Source: a virus (taxonomy: Duplodnaviria > Caudoviricetes). Taken from it: a stretch of DNA of 25,542 bases. The stretch lies in the IMG/VR virus record IMGVR_UViG_3300032219_000773, positions 1-25,542 of that record; one strand, written 5' to 3'. Numbering within the stretch: position 1 is the first letter of the stretch; each line of letters starts with the position of its first letter. Made by a program: the position numbers and the translations under genes. Shown one piece after another: positions 1-8,267 of this stretch. The notes beneath the pieces were generated by a model. The model made no database searches. It saw only the letters and a list, made by a program, of their open reading frames with translations, and was not told where the DNA came from.

Positions 1-291
1 GGGGGCGGTGGAGCCCCAGGCGGCGCAGGCGGCTCGTGAGGGGGTGGCACCGCAGGGTCAGCCCCACTAGGCGCGGGTAATGCTGGCGCAGCTAACCGAG
101 GGGCGGGTGGTGGCGGTGGGTCAGAGGGCGACGCGGGTGGTAGCGGGTCGGTCGGGCAAGGCGGGGCAGGTGGAACTGGATTCTTTGTCTTCCGTTACCT
201 TGGCCCACGCCGTGCAACGGGCGGCACCTACACGTTTGTTAACGGGTACTCAATCCACGCCTTTACTACGTCAGGGAACTTGGTGACATGA
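1..291 (+). CDS. 3' end of a glycine-rich virion/tail-associated protein (partial; in-frame TGA at 37-39)
   Basis: Frame 1 reads GGGGAPGGAGGS*GGGTAGS...GGAGGTGFFVFRYLGPRRATGGTYTFVNGYSIHAFTTSGNLVT*, the typical end of phage Gly-rich domains. Its stop (289-291) overlaps the next ATG as ATGA. Not in the supplied ORF track. Confidence 0.75.
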
Positions 292-800
292 AGGTGACCT
301 ATGATCCCGCGCTGTTTCAGAATACACCTGCCAAAATTAAATTTAGGCAAGATATTTTAACGGTGCAAGAAGGCATGGAAAAGTTAATTGCCGAGGGTGC
401 GATCCCCTCAACGCTAGAAGACTGTACGCTTAAGCACTACTTTACACCTAAAGATGAAAAGTACGGATGTTGTACCTATGCCCGCGAGATGCTAATCCCA
501 AAAGGAACGCTGATCATTGGTAAAATTCACCGCCACCAGCATTTGAATTTTATCTCTAAGGGCAAAGTTATTGTTTTTACCGAGTTTGGTGAAAAACATT
601 TAGAAGCACCTTGTACGTTTATCTCTGAAGTCGGGCTTAAGCGCGCCGTGTACGCCGAGGAAGATACGCTTTGGACAACGGTTCACATGACCGAACACGT
701 TGGCGAAGAAAATTTAATTGAAATTGAGTCAGAAGTTATTGCCCCTAGTTACAATGACATGGGCTTAATCGCTTCATTTGAAGTAAAGGAAATGTTATGA
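288..800 (+). CDS. Cupin-fold hypothetical protein
   Basis: YAREMLIPKGTLIIGKIHRHQH resembles cupin motif 1 (G-x5-H-x-H); ATGA-coupled at both ends. Confidence 0.7.
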   Translation: MKVTYDPALFQNTPAKIKFRQDILTVQEGMEKLIAEGAIPSTLEDCTLKHYFTPKDEKYGCCTYAREMLIPKGTLIIGKIHRHQHLNFISKGKVIVFTEFGEKHLEAPCTFISEVGLKRAVYAEEDTLWTTVHMTEHVGEENLIEIESEVIAPSYNDMGLIASFEVKEML

Positions 801-2029
801 CTTGGGGAATGACAGCTGTAGCGGGTGCGACTCTTGTAGGTAGCGCTCTTAGCGCAAACGCGGCAGGTAAAGCTGCTAGCGCGCAACGCGACGCTTCAAG
901 CGAAGCACAAGCTAATCAATTAGCAATGGCGCAAACGGCTATTGAAGCGCAACAAGACATCCTAAATAAACAACTTAGGGCGCAGCAAGGCACAATGGAT
1001 CGACAGCTTAAAGCGCAATTTGACGCGCTTGAGCAACAAAAAATAGCTTTAAGAAATGCGTATACCGGTCAGTTAGATATTGCGGGCACAACCCGAGATC
1101 AACAACTTGGTATTGCGGGCACAACCCGCGATGAACAACTTAAACTTGCCCAAGGCGTTTTAGATGATCAATTAAACGTATACCGCCCATACAATGAAGC
1201 AGGGTTAGCCGGTCAAAACCGTTTGCTTGAATACCTTGGAATTGGCGGCAGCGCGGGCGCTAAAGACTATGGCAAGTACGCGTCGGCTGAGTTTACGCCT
1301 GATCAATTTTTAGCCAATCAAGACCCAGGCTACGGTTTTCGTATGTCTGAAGGATTAAAAGCCGTTGATCGCCAAGCTGCTGCGCGTGGGGGGTTGATTT
1401 CAGGCAATGCTCTCAAAGCCTCGCAAACGTACGGTCAAGACATGGCGTCGCAAGAATACCAAAACGCATTTAATCGGTTTCAAACTTCACGCGCTGGCAC
1501 TCTTAGTCCTTACCAAAGTCTGCAAAATGTTGGGTTTAATGCGGCAACGGGTATGTCAAATGCTTACGATAGGTTTGGTGACCGTAGCATTGGTGCGGTA
1601 GGTGGGTACGGTTCGGCAGCGGGTAATGCTGTTGGTAATTATGGATCAATAGCGGGCGGCGCAACAGGTGCTTATGGCACAAATACCGCTAATATGGCGG
1701 GCACTTACGGCAGCAACACATCTAACATTTATGGCCAAATTGGCACTCAAGAACAACAAGCGTATGCTAACTACATTAATGGGCTAACAGGCGCATTAAC
1801 AGGCTACGGCAACGCAGCAAACAACTTAATTACAGGCGCGGGTAACGCTACTGCGTCAGGATATGTCGGTCAAGCCAATGCCATTAATCAAGGAATTAGC
1901 GGCGTAAGCAATGCGTACTATCAGAATCAAATGCTAAATTTGTTTAGAAATAAACAAACACCAACGCCAAATACTGGTTTTGGTACGGGCAGCCAATTTG
2001 GCAACGCAGATTATGGTACGTCTTTTTAA
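797..2029 (+). CDS. DNA transfer/ejection (pilot) protein
   Basis: Gly/Ala-rich N-terminus; core DPGYGFRMSEGLKAVDRQAAARGGLISGNALKA..YGQ typical of podovirus DNA-transfer proteins; 11-residue repeats; first of three large genes before lysis. Confidence 0.75.
   Translation: MTWGMTAVAGATLVGSALSANAAGKAASAQRDASSEAQANQLAMAQTAIEAQQDILNKQLRAQQGTMDRQLKAQFDALEQQKIALRNAYTGQLDIAGTTRDQQLGIAGTTRDEQLKLAQGVLDDQLNVYRPYNEAGLAGQNRLLEYLGIGGSAGAKDYGKYASAEFTPDQFLANQDPGYGFRMSEGLKAVDRQAAARGGLISGNALKASQTYGQDMASQEYQNAFNRFQTSRAGTLSPYQSLQNVGFNAATGMSNAYDRFGDRSIGAVGGYGSAAGNAVGNYGSIAGGATGAYGTNTANMAGTYGSNTSNIYGQIGTQEQQAYANYINGLTGALTGYGNAANNLITGAGNATASGYVGQANAINQGISGVSNAYYQNQMLNLFRNKQTPTPNTGFGTGSQFGNADYGTSF
1078..1128 (+). 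repeat. 33-bp-period direct repeat (TATTGCGGGCACAACCCG x2) inside the ejection gene
   Basis: Identical 18-mers at 1078-1095 and 1111-1128 encode IAGTTR twice, 11 aa apart. Confidence 0.9.
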
Positions 2030-2038
2030 GGAATAATT

Positions 2039-3493
2039 ATGCCAATTGACCCAAATATTGCAATGGGTGTACGTCCTATAGAGCAGCCTAATATGCTTGC
2101 TCAAATGGGGCAAATGATGCAATTGCGAAGTGCCCAGCAAGAGTACGAAGGACAAAACGCATTGCGCGACGCTTTTGCATCAGGCGGCAGCTTAAACGAC
2201 CCTGCGTTTGTTCAGCGTTTACGCGCGGCTAACCCTAAAATGGCGTTAGACATTGAGGCTAAACATTTAGCTGGCGAAAAGACGCGGAGCGAATTAGTGG
2301 GGAACGCGTACAAAAATTCACGCGAAGCCCTTACGATGGTTAACTCGCCTGAAAGTTTACGCGCTTATACGCTTAGTCAGTTTAACGACCCCATTATTGG
2401 CCCCGCGCTTAAAGCGCGAGGTATTACACCTGAAACAGCAGTTGCAAACTTAGATAGAGAAATTGCAACTTCAGGGTTTAACACCGTACTCAAAAAATCC
2501 GCAATGGGTCTTGACAGTTTTTTTAAAGATGAAACGTCGCGCCGTAACACGGACGTAAGTTCGGGCGCAAGTTATCAGCAAGCTGAAACTGCACGGCAAC
2601 GCTTAAAAATGGAACAAAGTGGTACTTGGACTAAAGGTATTATTGGGGATCGTGTAGTGTTGGTAAATAACCGCACCGGCGAAATAAAAGATGCGATGAT
2701 GCCTGAACCTGAACCAAGCGGTACGGTTACTGTTGGTCCTATCACTACCATACCCGAGCCAACAGGTGGTGGAGCGGCGCCAATAAACGCTTTAGCACCT
2801 CAGTCTGCTGCGGGCGCGGCGCCTGTAACTAACGCTTTGGTACAGCCACCGGCAACGGCAACGCCTGCGCGGCAACCTTTAACTACGTTTAACCCACAAA
2901 AAGTAGCGAAAGAAACCGTTAACGCTGCTGGCGATGTTACGCAATTTAATGAACGCGGCGAAACCATACGCGTGGTGCCTAAAGCTGGTAAACCTAGCGC
3001 TGCGGTTGAAAAAGAACAAGCCGCAATACAAAAAGTACCTGAAGCAATTGCAATGAACAACGACGCTATTCGTAAAATTGATGAGATGATTGGCGGCGTA
3101 GACGCAAGAGGCAATCCCTTAGAAGGTGCAAAAGGCCAGCCTCACCCAGGGTTAAGCAAAGCTACCGGTTTAGGCGGCGGCGTTATGCGATTCTTCTCCG
3201 GCACCGAAGGTAAAAACTTTGAAATTAGGCATAAAGAAGTTTTGTCACAAGCTTTCTTAGATGCGTTTGAAGCCCTTAAAGGCGGCGGCGCTATCACCGA
3301 GAAAGAAGGTGATAAAGCTACGGCCGCGCGCACCCGTATGGATTTGGCACAATCTAAAGAGGAATATATAACCGCCGCGCGCGAATACCAAGGTGTGCTA
3401 AAACGTGGTGTAGAGAACGCTCGAGCCCGTATGCAACGATCAGGCACAGCGCCCCCTGCGGGCGCACCGGAAGACCCATTGGGAATTAGATAA
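2039..3493 (+). CDS. Putative internal virion/ejection protein 2
   Basis: 484 aa, helical, Pro/Ala-rich central linker; SD AAGGA upstream; positioned between the pilot protein and the large ejection protein. Confidence 0.6.
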   Translation: MPIDPNIAMGVRPIEQPNMLAQMGQMMQLRSAQQEYEGQNALRDAFASGGSLNDPAFVQRLRAANPKMALDIEAKHLAGEKTRSELVGNAYKNSREALTMVNSPESLRAYTLSQFNDPIIGPALKARGITPETAVANLDREIATSGFNTVLKKSAMGLDSFFKDETSRRNTDVSSGASYQQAETARQRLKMEQSGTWTKGIIGDRVVLVNNRTGEIKDAMMPEPEPSGTVTVGPITTIPEPTGGGAAPINALAPQSAAGAAPVTNALVQPPATATPARQPLTTFNPQKVAKETVNAAGDVTQFNERGETIRVVPKAGKPSAAVEKEQAAIQKVPEAIAMNNDAIRKIDEMIGGVDARGNPLEGAKGQPHPGLSKATGLGGGVMRFFSGTEGKNFEIRHKEVLSQAFLDAFEALKGGGAITEKEGDKATAARTRMDLAQSKEEYITAAREYQGVLKRGVENARARMQRSGTAPPAGAPEDPLGIR

Positions 3494-6018
3494 TGGCAAC
3501 AATTGCTGAAGTTCGCGAAAAGTATCCGCAATATGCAGATATGCCGGACGCGGCGCTAGCCGACGCATTGCATAGCAAATTCTATGCAGATATGCCAAAA
3601 ACGGATTTTTACACCAAAATTGGGTTAACGCCTAGCAATGGTATGCCCGCGCCTCGGCGAGAAGAGCCTAGCATGGCTACGCAATTTGGCCGCGCTACAG
3701 CATCCGCGCTTGATACGACCGTGGGTAGCGTTATTCCTTTTGTCGCCGGTCAAGTAGCCTACCCGTTTATCCGCGCGGCAAACGTGTTGCCTGGCGTTAA
3801 TATGCCCGCCAAACGCGCTGAAGAGATCACCGGCAAAATTACCGGCGCCCTTGACCAGCCTTTTGGTAAAGCCTTTGGTGTTACTGAAACGCCCGAATAC
3901 AAAGGCGAGGCCAGTAATCAAGTCATGCAGTTTATCAGCGAAAACATTAACAAGGGCGCTGATTGGGTGTCTGAAAGGACAGGTATCCCTGCGCCTGACG
4001 TTGTCAACATGGCGCAAACGCTTATGGTTGGCGCGCCTAAAGGCGTCAAGATGGCTACGCCTTACGTCCAAGAAGGCGCGGCGGTAGTTAAAGGTGCAAT
4101 TAAAGACATCCCGCCAATCAAAGCAGCCATTGAAAGATCGACAGAAAAGAAAATCGCGCAAAGTTGGGAACGCGCGCCTCAGATTGAGGCCGCCCAGTTA
4201 GCCCAAAAATACGGTATTGCGCTCGACCCTGCGCTATCAAACCCCACCGCGCGCAACCGGCTGAAATCAGCGGTTGTAGGCGAAACAGGCTTAGACACAA
4301 AACTAGCTGTATACAACGAACCCAAATGGGCAGCAATTGTAAAAGACGATTTAGGGCTTGGGCAGAACAGCGTACTAGATAAGAAAGCATTTGATAAAGC
4401 TCGCGCAGCGCCCGAAGTAGCGGGGCCCTATGAGGCCGTGCGTAACATCCCGTCGGTAGTCATCCCCGAAACAACTTTACAATCGCTTGATCGGCTGTAT
4501 GTCGAGCCGTTGTACGGCGACACCGGTCAAGCTGCCAAATCCAACGCGTTTGTGGACAAATTAAAAACTGATTTGGCACAAGGTGGCAATGGCACAAAAC
4601 TGTTAGATAGCATCCGCAGTTTGCGCCAAGACGCGCAAGCTATCTATCACGCTGAGAAAGCGGGTAATCCAATTACGCCCGAGCAGCGCGCCAACGCCAA
4701 CGCTAAGATGGGTGCGGCCACCGCGCTTGAAGACGCCATCACGGCTAGTCTTGAATCACCTAAAGCGCGCAGTGATTTTAACCGCGCGCGTACGCGCATG
4801 GCGCAAATCTATGACCTAGAGTCAGCAACCAACTTTGCAACCGGTAAGGTTGACCCGTCAGTACTTGGCAAGATGGCCGCCGAGGGCAAACCCATGTCAG
4901 GTGTGGTGGGCGACCTTGCTGCAATTGCAGCAAATTATCCTGAAGTCAGTCGGTTAGGCGCAACCAACAAAACCATCCTACCGCGTATGTCACGCGCCAC
5001 AGTAGGCGGCTTGGTGGGTAGTGTTGTGGGCGGCTTGGCGGGGCCTGTAGGCGCTGCTGCCGGTATGGGAATAGGCGCGATAGGTAGCGACATTGCGGGG
5101 CGTATTTCAGCCAAACGCATGACGTCACCAAGCTACCAAGCCTCGCGGGCCATCCCTACGGATTACCGGCCACCGGTTAACAACTTGCGCCCTGTCGAAC
5201 CTGGCCAATCTAACATTGTGCCGTTTGATCCGCGCAACGGTCCAAACTTTGTATTCCCCTCCGGCGAAACCGTGCGGATGCCTTTTGATCCCAACAGGCC
5301 TGACGCGCGTCAGCCAATGGCACAAGGTCAGGCGCCCGCACCGGCCAACGCTTTGCGTCTTGGTTTAGATCAGGCGCCTGAAGTTACGGCTAGATTGCGT
5401 GCAGAAGACGCAAGGCGCGCGCGTATGGCTCAAACGGCTGAAGCCCAAGGGTTGGCTGCTGAAGCTAGCGCCCGCGCGCCTACACGCGGCGGTACGATTC
5501 TTGACTTGGACCCCATTAGCGGCAAACTGACGCCAGTAAGCCAAGGCATTCGCGGCGCTACGCCCGAAACCTTCCAAAACTATATGTCATCGCTTAAAAC
5601 CGCTGTTGACAAAGTAACGTCCAAGCAAACCTTTAACTTGACCGCCGCTGAAAAGATTGCGTGGGAAAGGACCAAGTTTGACATTGCCGAGATTGACCCA
5701 AGCTTTAGAGCCTTGGGCGACAAGGCTATTGCCGAACGCATGATGGACCGTAAGTGGGTCGAGGGTGCAGTTGTCAAAGCGCGAGAGCAAGCACGGGCGT
5801 TTGAAGAGATTGCCAAACGTGCAAAGACCGACGCCGATATTCGTGCCGCTCAAGCCTCACGCGAAAAAATGCTTGATGTTGCTGAGATGATGGAGGAAAA
5901 TCTACGGGCGCCGCGCGCTGACGCATCACGCAAACAACAAGGCCCCAAAACGCGCACCGCAATTCAAAACAACATGATTACCAACCGCACCAACCGTAAC
6001 GCATTAAGGGAAGATTAA
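3493..6018 (+). CDS. Putative large internal virion/ejection protein 3
   Basis: 841 aa; N-terminal REKYPQYADMPDAALADALHSKFY motif seen in phage ejection proteins; glycine-zipper hydrophobic segment VGGLVGSVVGGLAGPVGAAAGMGIGA; TAATG coupling. Confidence 0.65.
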   Translation: MATIAEVREKYPQYADMPDAALADALHSKFYADMPKTDFYTKIGLTPSNGMPAPRREEPSMATQFGRATASALDTTVGSVIPFVAGQVAYPFIRAANVLPGVNMPAKRAEEITGKITGALDQPFGKAFGVTETPEYKGEASNQVMQFISENINKGADWVSERTGIPAPDVVNMAQTLMVGAPKGVKMATPYVQEGAAVVKGAIKDIPPIKAAIERSTEKKIAQSWERAPQIEAAQLAQKYGIALDPALSNPTARNRLKSAVVGETGLDTKLAVYNEPKWAAIVKDDLGLGQNSVLDKKAFDKARAAPEVAGPYEAVRNIPSVVIPETTLQSLDRLYVEPLYGDTGQAAKSNAFVDKLKTDLAQGGNGTKLLDSIRSLRQDAQAIYHAEKAGNPITPEQRANANAKMGAATALEDAITASLESPKARSDFNRARTRMAQIYDLESATNFATGKVDPSVLGKMAAEGKPMSGVVGDLAAIAANYPEVSRLGATNKTILPRMSRATVGGLVGSVVGGLAGPVGAAAGMGIGAIGSDIAGRISAKRMTSPSYQASRAIPTDYRPPVNNLRPVEPGQSNIVPFDPRNGPNFVFPSGETVRMPFDPNRPDARQPMAQGQAPAPANALRLGLDQAPEVTARLRAEDARRARMAQTAEAQGLAAEASARAPTRGGTILDLDPISGKLTPVSQGIRGATPETFQNYMSSLKTAVDKVTSKQTFNLTAAEKIAWERTKFDIAEIDPSFRALGDKAIAERMMDRKWVEGAVVKAREQARAFEEIAKRAKTDADIRAAQASREKMLDVAEMMEENLRAPRADASRKQQGPKTRTAIQNNMITNRTNRNALRED

Positions 6019-6272
6019 TGGATTGGCAGAACTTCATCAACTTAGGTGCCGGTGGTCTACTCGCGGTAGGCGGTTGGTTTTGTCGTCAGTTATGGGATTC
6101 AGTCAAGGAACTCAAGACTGACATTGCTAATCTCAAGCTGCACGTCAGCGACGCTTACGTCAAAAAGAGCGAGATCGACACAATTAAGTCTGAGATGGAC
6201 AAACGCTTTGACCGCGTTGAGATGTTGCTTGACCGCTTGTTCGATAAACTTGAAGCCAAGGCAGACAAATAA
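6018..6272 (+). CDS. Small single-TM coiled-coil protein of the lysis cassette
   Basis: Weakly hydrophobic N-terminal segment FINLGAGGLLAVGGWFC, then a charged heptad helix; TAATG-coupled on both sides. Confidence 0.65.
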   Translation: MDWQNFINLGAGGLLAVGGWFCRQLWDSVKELKTDIANLKLHVSDAYVKKSEIDTIKSEMDKRFDRVEMLLDRLFDKLEAKADK

Positions 6273-6688
6273 TGTTTCCACTCATGGATGTGCTTGGCGT
6301 TGGCATGAAGATTTTGGATAAGTTTTTCCCTGATCCTGAACAAAAGGCTAAAGCTCAACTTGAGTTAATGCAAATGCAGCAGAATGGCGAATTAGCCAAG
6401 ATGCAAGCCGATATGCAAGAGCAGGGAGAGCTCACCAAGCGTCAAGAGAACGACATGAGGTCTGACTCATGGCTCTCCAAAAACATTCGCCCTATGACCC
6501 TTATAGCGATCCTAATAGGCTATTTTATCTTTGCCATGATGTCAGCGTTTGATCTTGATACAAACGAGAAGTATGTTGAGTTGCTTGGGCAATGGGGCAT
6601 GTTAATAATGAGCTTCTATTTCGGTGGTCGCACCCTTGAAAAGATCATCGACATGAAAAACAAAACGCCCGAAAAGAGCGACAAGTAA
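6272..6688 (+). CDS. Holin (3-TM, gene-transfer-agent-type family)
   Basis: ILDKFFPDPEQKAKAQLEL...SDSWLSKNIRP-TM...TM-FYFGGRTLEKI signature; upstream of endolysin. Confidence 0.8.
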   Translation: MFPLMDVLGVGMKILDKFFPDPEQKAKAQLELMQMQQNGELAKMQADMQEQGELTKRQENDMRSDSWLSKNIRPMTLIAILIGYFIFAMMSAFDLDTNEKYVELLGQWGMLIMSFYFGGRTLEKIIDMKNKTPEKSDK

Positions 6689-7350
6689 TGGTAACGGCTA
6701 AAAAGCCTGCGGTTAAACGAGCGCCAGTAAAACGGGTTGCAAAACCTGCGCCTGTTAGGAACCCAGACTTTACAGACAAGGTTGTTGATCTTATCAAGTG
6801 GGTAGACAGTCCGTTCAAGCTGATCTCGGTGGTGCTGATTGCGTTTGTTGCGTTTGCTGGGTACTTTGCTTGGGACTCACGGCAAGTCATTCTAGGTGCG
6901 ATCAGTAGCAAAAAGACTGAACTCAAAGAACCGTTGCTTGTCGAGGCTATTGCCAAGTCTTTAATTTACGATCTGAGCGCAGATGTGGTGGTTGTTAACT
7001 CTGTCAATCTTCAGTCAAATAGCCGCACAACCATCTTGGCAATGAGCAATCAGGGTCGTGAAAAATCGCTTGAAGGCGTAATCAACGCTTTGTTTACCAG
7101 TTCGCCTGAACGCAACCGTGCAGTCATCACAATGTTTCAAGGCGAGGTGCATTGCGAAACGTTTGTACCAAGCTCAAAGCTCGGTGAGTACGTTGTCAAA
7201 CATGGCGTGACGTACATGTGCCGTGGCGCTATACCGCCTGAACAAGGCAGGTTTGTAGGCTACATTGCGGTGGGTTTTAAAATACCGCCTAAAGATATTA
7301 TCCAAGCGAAGACTCGCATCAACTTAGCAAGCACGGAGATGAGTAAATGA
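6688..7350 (+). CDS. T4 holin T-like membrane protein (single TM plus GAF-like C-terminal domain)
   Basis: 220 aa; basic N-terminus, one TM (LISVVLIAFVAFAGYFAW), ~160 aa domain with ADVVVVNSV, EKSLEG and TYMCRGAIPPEQGRFVGYIAVGF, resembling T4 T as recalled. Confidence 0.55.
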   Translation: MVTAKKPAVKRAPVKRVAKPAPVRNPDFTDKVVDLIKWVDSPFKLISVVLIAFVAFAGYFAWDSRQVILGAISSKKTELKEPLLVEAIAKSLIYDLSADVVVVNSVNLQSNSRTTILAMSNQGREKSLEGVINALFTSSPERNRAVITMFQGEVHCETFVPSSKLGEYVVKHGVTYMCRGAIPPEQGRFVGYIAVGFKIPPKDIIQAKTRINLASTEMSK

Positions 7351-7859
7351 TTAGTAATTGGCAAAAGTCGTTTGAGTTGATGCTGAAATCAGAAGGGGGT
7401 TACGTTGACCACCCCGCTGACCCTGGTGGTCGGACAAACTTAGGTGTTACCCAAGCTACTTGGGAAAACTGGGTAGGCCGCGCAAGTGATGAAGCCGAGA
7501 TGCGTAGCCTGACGCCCGAGAAGGTCGAGCCCCTGTACAAGAAAAAGTATTGGGATGCCGTGCGCGCTGATGATCTGCCTGTTGGGCTTGACTACCTTAT
7601 GTTTGATTTCGGGGTTAACGCAGGGCCTGGGCGGGCTATCAAGGTCATGCAATCTGCCGTGGGTGTGACACCTGACGGTGGCTTTGGCCCCATGACGCTT
7701 GCCGCTGTGCAGGCGATCGATCCTGTTGAACTGATTGAAAAGTTCAGCCAAGCCAAGGAAGACTTTTACCGCTCCCTTGGCACCTTTGCAACTTTTGGCA
7801 AAGGCTGGCTAAACCGTGTGGCTGACGTTAAAGTCAAAGCCAATTCAATGCTCGCATAA
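7347..7859 (+). CDS. Endolysin, glycoside hydrolase family 108 with C-terminal peptidoglycan-binding domain
   Basis: EGGYVDHPADPGGRTNLGVT catalytic motif; FDFGVNAG; FGKGWLNRV. Confidence 0.92.
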   Translation: MISNWQKSFELMLKSEGGYVDHPADPGGRTNLGVTQATWENWVGRASDEAEMRSLTPEKVEPLYKKKYWDAVRADDLPVGLDYLMFDFGVNAGPGRAIKVMQSAVGVTPDGGFGPMTLAAVQAIDPVELIEKFSQAKEDFYRSLGTFATFGKGWLNRVADVKVKANSMLA

Positions 7860-7861
7860 GT

Positions 7862-7943
7862 GCGCGGCGCCACAAGGGGATGTACGGTCGAACGTACCGC
7901 CCCGTGTGGATTGAACGCGCGATGCGCCCTGTCCAGTTGGCGC
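7862..7943. other. Structured intergenic element between convergent operons
   Basis: Nested pairings GCGCG/CGCGC, CCACA/TGTGG, GGGG/CCCC, GTACG/CGTAC (7862-7920) and hairpin GCGCC/GGCGC (7924-7943); no U-tract on either strand. Confidence 0.55.
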
Positions 7944-7951
7944 TAGTACGG

Positions 7952-8140
7952 TCAATATTTCTTGATGCAGTATTCACAGTACCCTCCTAAAAGATCACTA
8001 CAGACTTGACCGCACCCGTCGCAGATTAACTCGCGGGGAAATGGTGGCGGGGGTTTCTCGCGTGTGTTAAACAGCCACAGAAGCGCCGCTACCATCAAAG
8101 CCATCGACGCGTAGAACCACATTATTATGTCGTATACCAT
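7952..8140 (-). CDS. Small membrane protein with Cys-rich (Zn-ribbon-like) tail
   Basis: N-terminal TM, KPPPPFP linker, CDGC...CEYC; SD GGAG upstream. Confidence 0.6.
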   Translation of the reverse strand: MVYDIIMWFYASMALMVAALLWLFNTREKPPPPFPRELICDGCGQVCSDLLGGYCEYCIKKY

Positions 8141-8267
8141 TTCGTTTCTCCAATAGAATTTGAATGTCCACGCGTAGCATCAGGTGTTGATGACGCAGCC
8201 TAGCAATGTCGTCGTCGATCTGTGCGAGATTCTCAATAATCTGTTTGTACACCTGGCTCTCGGTCAT
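8067..8267 (-). CDS. Hypothetical coiled-coil protein
   Basis: ATGA-coupled to upstream gene; SD GAGGAG; heptad pattern. Confidence 0.55.
   Translation of the reverse strand: MTESQVYKQIIENLAQIDDDIARLRHQHLMLRVDIQILLEKRNGIRHNNVVLRVDGFDGSGASVAV

Noticed and set aside
80-286. 68-aa ORF in the supplied track
   Set aside because: Shadow of the Gly-rich frame-1 gene, which has the recognisable motif and coupled stop.
7882-7897. tRNA-like T-arm (minus strand GTACG-TTCGAC-CGTAC)
   Set aside because: Loop is 6 nt and no acceptor, D or anticodon arms can be built.
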